Shown one piece after another: positions 60,772-64,000 of a DNA stretch of 64,000 bases. The DNA is from Zootoca vivipara. Taxonomy: Eukaryota. Made by a program: the position numbers and the translations under genes. Position 1 is the first letter of the stretch; every line of letters starts with the position of its first letter. The stretch spans positions 41,974,001 through 42,038,000 of the forward strand of contig NC_083288.1 in NCBI RefSeq assembly GCF_963506605.1, written 5' to 3'. Under the pieces are notes generated by a model that worked only from the letters and a program-made list of their open reading frames with translations, was not told the DNA's origin and searched no databases.

Positions 60772-60861
60772 GAACCCAACTATCTATGCATTAAAAAACA
60801 AAGAAATGGAGGCTGTCATTGGCAGTCTGTTGGCAAGGATTTCTGGACAGGTCTCCACTTA
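60772..60861 (+). pseudogene. Diverged duplicate of the OR C-terminus (NPTIYALKNKEMEAVIGSLLARISGQVST*)
   Basis: Aligns with 60568-60657 at 204-bp offset; similarity continues into the 3' flank to ~60980. Confidence 0.85.
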
Positions 60862-61459
60862 GGAATGAACACAGCACTAGGCAGCCCAAAGCCGCCACCT
60901 CTTGAAATTGAATTTGGGTGTCACGAAAGAGCAACAAATTTAATTTACTGATCTTCTTGCATTTATACATGGGGTGGAGAAAGTGGTTAGGGAGAAGTTT
61001 TTCTCCTTTTCTCCTTATTCTAGAACCCGGGCTCATACAGTGGAGCTGAAAATGAAGTGCTTCCTTACACAGCGCACAGCTGATGGGTGGGGAAGCTAAG
61101 CTTTAAAAAGTCTTTTAAATAAACCTTATTCAACATTAGCTCCACCCCACCCCTAAATTGATTTGGGCCTGGATGTAGACCAGATGTTCTCTGGGTAGCC
61201 CCGGGTCAAATGGGGTGCTGGGTTCCACCCTAGGATTTCTTTTATTTTCTACCTCAGCTACCAAAATAACCTGACCAGCCACTGGTGTGCAAAGACCTAT
61301 GCAGCTTGGGGACCAGGATACCAGAAAGACCATCACATCCCTTATTTACTAGGCCAGGGCATCTGGCATGTATCATTTTATCGGGAGGTCCTGAATATTG
61401 TTTTTAATCCAATCAGTACTTATTGATGTTTTAATAAATATTCTATTCTCCTTTACATC

Positions 61460-61680
61460 TACAGGTGTGGCAGTTGATGTGCTAGACCAGTGTCTGGCTT
61501 TGGTAATAGACTGGATGAGAGCCAATAAGCTGAACCTCAATCCAGATAATACAGAGGTGCTGTTAGTAGGTGGTTCCCTAGACAGGTTGGATGGGAGACT
61601 GCTTCCTCTTTTGGGGGTTACTCTCCCTGTGAAGGAGCAGGTACATAACTTGGTGGTGCTCCAGGACTCATTCACTAGGA
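61460..61680 (+). mobile_element. L2-type LINE RT fragment
   Basis: VLDQCLALVIDWMRANKLNLNPDNTEVLLVG. Confidence 0.8.
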
Positions 61681-61798
61681 AGCGTTCGAGGTATCTGGGG
61701 GTACCAATTGCCCATAATTTGAACAAAGTTGTAGCAGTCTAATTAGAGAACGGTTTGTTTGTTTATTTATTTATTTGTTCCTTAGTTTTTATTATATA

Positions 61799-62696
61799 CT
61801 AGCTGACCCGGCCACGCGTTGCTGTGGTCCTTTCCTGTGACAAAAACAAAAGGGTTAAAAACAGGACCACATTATCTACCTGGCCCTGCAAGGGCCTGGC
61901 AACAAAAGGCGCGTTCTGAAGCACCCGAGTTGTTCAGTTCCATAAAAATTCCAGGAAGTGGCAAGGGGAAGGTAGGGGGTTCTAAATCGGGGGGGGGATT
62001 GGGCACTGCAAATATCTGAGGACATGGTTGTTGTTATTGTTTTTAAAAAAGACGTAGAGGGTTGCATTCAGTCGTAGTATACGTGAAATGGAGGGGAATA
62101 GCCCCCCTTCAGATCCCCCTGAGCCTCAGAGTCCCTCTGATTCGAGGCGAGATACTGTGGAGATGGCAGGTTTCATCCCTGTGTGTCCCCCCCCACCCTG
62201 TTCTGACCCATTACGTATCCCTACTCCCTATTCGGCCCCCACCCCAGGCAGGCCCTTACCTCCACTTGGCAATGTTGGTTTTTTGGTGGGGGATTTTTTG
62301 GGGGGGGTGTAGTGGTGCTAAATGGTAAAGTAAAAACCCCTTGCCATGCAGGGGCCTACATAAATCAAAGGCTGTGCTGCGGCCTGATAATGGCCGCTTT
62401 GGTGGTTTCAGTTGCTTGGTTGATGATGTCATTTGGTTTGTGGGTGTGGCTTAAATTTCACAGGAAGGGAGGGGGTGGAGGAGGGTATAACACCACTTGA
62501 GGGCGCTGTTTGACTTGGTGGAAAACCAGGTCTGTATCTGCCCAGGTGTGTGATTTGAGGGATTTTTGTCCCCAACAACGCTTGGGGAGTGGCCTGGATC
62601 GTTGTGTCAAAATTTCAGGATGATCGGTCAAGCGGTTACGGAGAAAAGTGGAACCTGCAGTTTCACGATTTTTAGATTTTTATATATATAGATAGA
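61799..62696 (-). mobile_element. Non-autonomous Helitron
   Basis: Minus strand A|TCTATCTATATATATA...hairpin (GACCACAGC-AAC-GCGTGGCC)...CTAG|T; no TSD. Confidence 0.85.
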
Positions 62697-62993
62697 TTTT
62701 TCTCCTCCTCCCCTAATTAGAGGTGGATATCATTCCATTCAGATAGGTGGTAGAATCACACACATTTGGGACAGGGAGAGAAAATCACACCCCTATTTAC
62801 CCTCCTTTTTTTAAATCTCCTACCATCTACCCAGAAAACCAAACCTGAAGTCAAACCAAGGCACAATGCAGCCTTGAGGGCAGCTGCATAAATCTTGCTT
62901 TAGTGACAAAAGTATTACTTTCCTCCCTCTTGCTCTGTAAGAGCAGATAAGGCACTAACTAAAGCAGCCCCCTTTGGGGGGGATGAGCAATTA

Positions 62994-62996
<3 letters not shown>

Positions 62997-63037
<41 letters not shown>
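62997..63037. repeat. (CA)n microsatellite
   Basis: Direct observation. Confidence 0.95.
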
Positions 63038-63038
<1 letters not shown>

Positions 63039-64000
63039 CACTGTCTCTTGATTTGCTCTTTAGCCTGCCTTTCAAGCAGAGATCACATCCACACAGATAA
63101 CTCATCCCCACACCACTCATAGGCAGAGGAAGAAACTGAATCAAACAGTGCCATGCTGATGCTGAACTGAACAGAAGAAGCTGCTCCAGAAAACTTCAAA
63201 GAATCTCTGCTGGGATTTGCAGGTGATATAGACCATTTGAGGGGGTGTTAGGTTTGTCCAAACACAAGTGCCTTTGGGAAGAATGACACGTTGCAGACTC
63301 CTTCAAGGAGCTCTTCAGCAGTTTCTGCCACCTAAACTTCTCATTTCCAACTCCAGCACCGCACATGTCTTTTGGTGGTTGAATTACTGATGGAATATGG
63401 GGCAACATGGGAACTGGTCAGCATTGTTGTGACATACTCATTCATCCAGAAGACTGGAGAATATGTATTACATTGAGTACTGGGGCGACATGCCTCTGAT
63501 TGTTAGGGAACAGCAGCGGGAGAGGGCTTATTGTATTAATGTCCTTTTTGTGGGTTTCCTATAGGTGCCATCAAAAGGCAAAACACTCAGTGATATGGGC
63601 ACAGCCTGGTCAATAATGGTTTGGGTCCAGCATGTTGTTGGAATCCTTAGGTTGGGGAACTGGTGTTCTTTGCAAAGTGAAATATAAGATCTTAAGAAAT
63701 CAGAGCTACCATTTCAGATCAGACTGTGGCTTGTATATGCATGTTTATTCCACTTTCCCAACAGTTCCCTAACTGTTATTTTTTACATTACATTTGAGCT
63801 TTCACGTGATGCAAAATCCACTTTCAAAATAATAGAGAAATATAGCATAGGTTTAGCACTTATTTCAATACTATTTCCAATGATTCCCCCATGTCCCCGG
63901 CAGCAAATAACATAGAAATTAGCACTAAAGTTTGTGCCATATTCTAGTGTAGGTCTGAAAGTGCCTTTTGCATTGTATGAAAACTCAAAGATAATGTGAA

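Overview
Squamate (very probably lacertid lizard, inferred from Sauria/Squam-type SINEs and BovB tails) genomic DNA containing part of a class II olfactory-receptor (OR4-family) cluster, all genes on the + strand: two OR4D-like genes (10838, 18213), four intact OR4N/OR4M-like genes (23872, 30120, 42816, 49580), one OR4K/OR4F-like gene (59717), one deletion pseudogene (39518-39834), a 36-bp 'ghost' of a deleted OR (2586-2621) and a duplicated 3'-end stub (60772-60861). The spacers are paralogous promoter/first-exon blocks plus many TEs: a nested L1 stack with an assembly gap, BovB, L2, SINEs, hAT and Tigger MITEs, solo LTRs, Penelope fragments with hammerhead cores, and a Helitron. The most notable signals are (i) an exact match to the mouse H/P-element 13-mer AACTTTTTAATGA next to O/E(Ebf)-like sites at 54200, with related homeodomain+O/E composites heading every OR4N-like gene, (ii) birth-and-death history readable at base resolution, leaving orphan promoters, and (iii) apparently independent MITE insertions at the same paralogous site. 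Subfamily and TE family names come from motif recognition, not database searches. No clearly new biological system is demonstrated.
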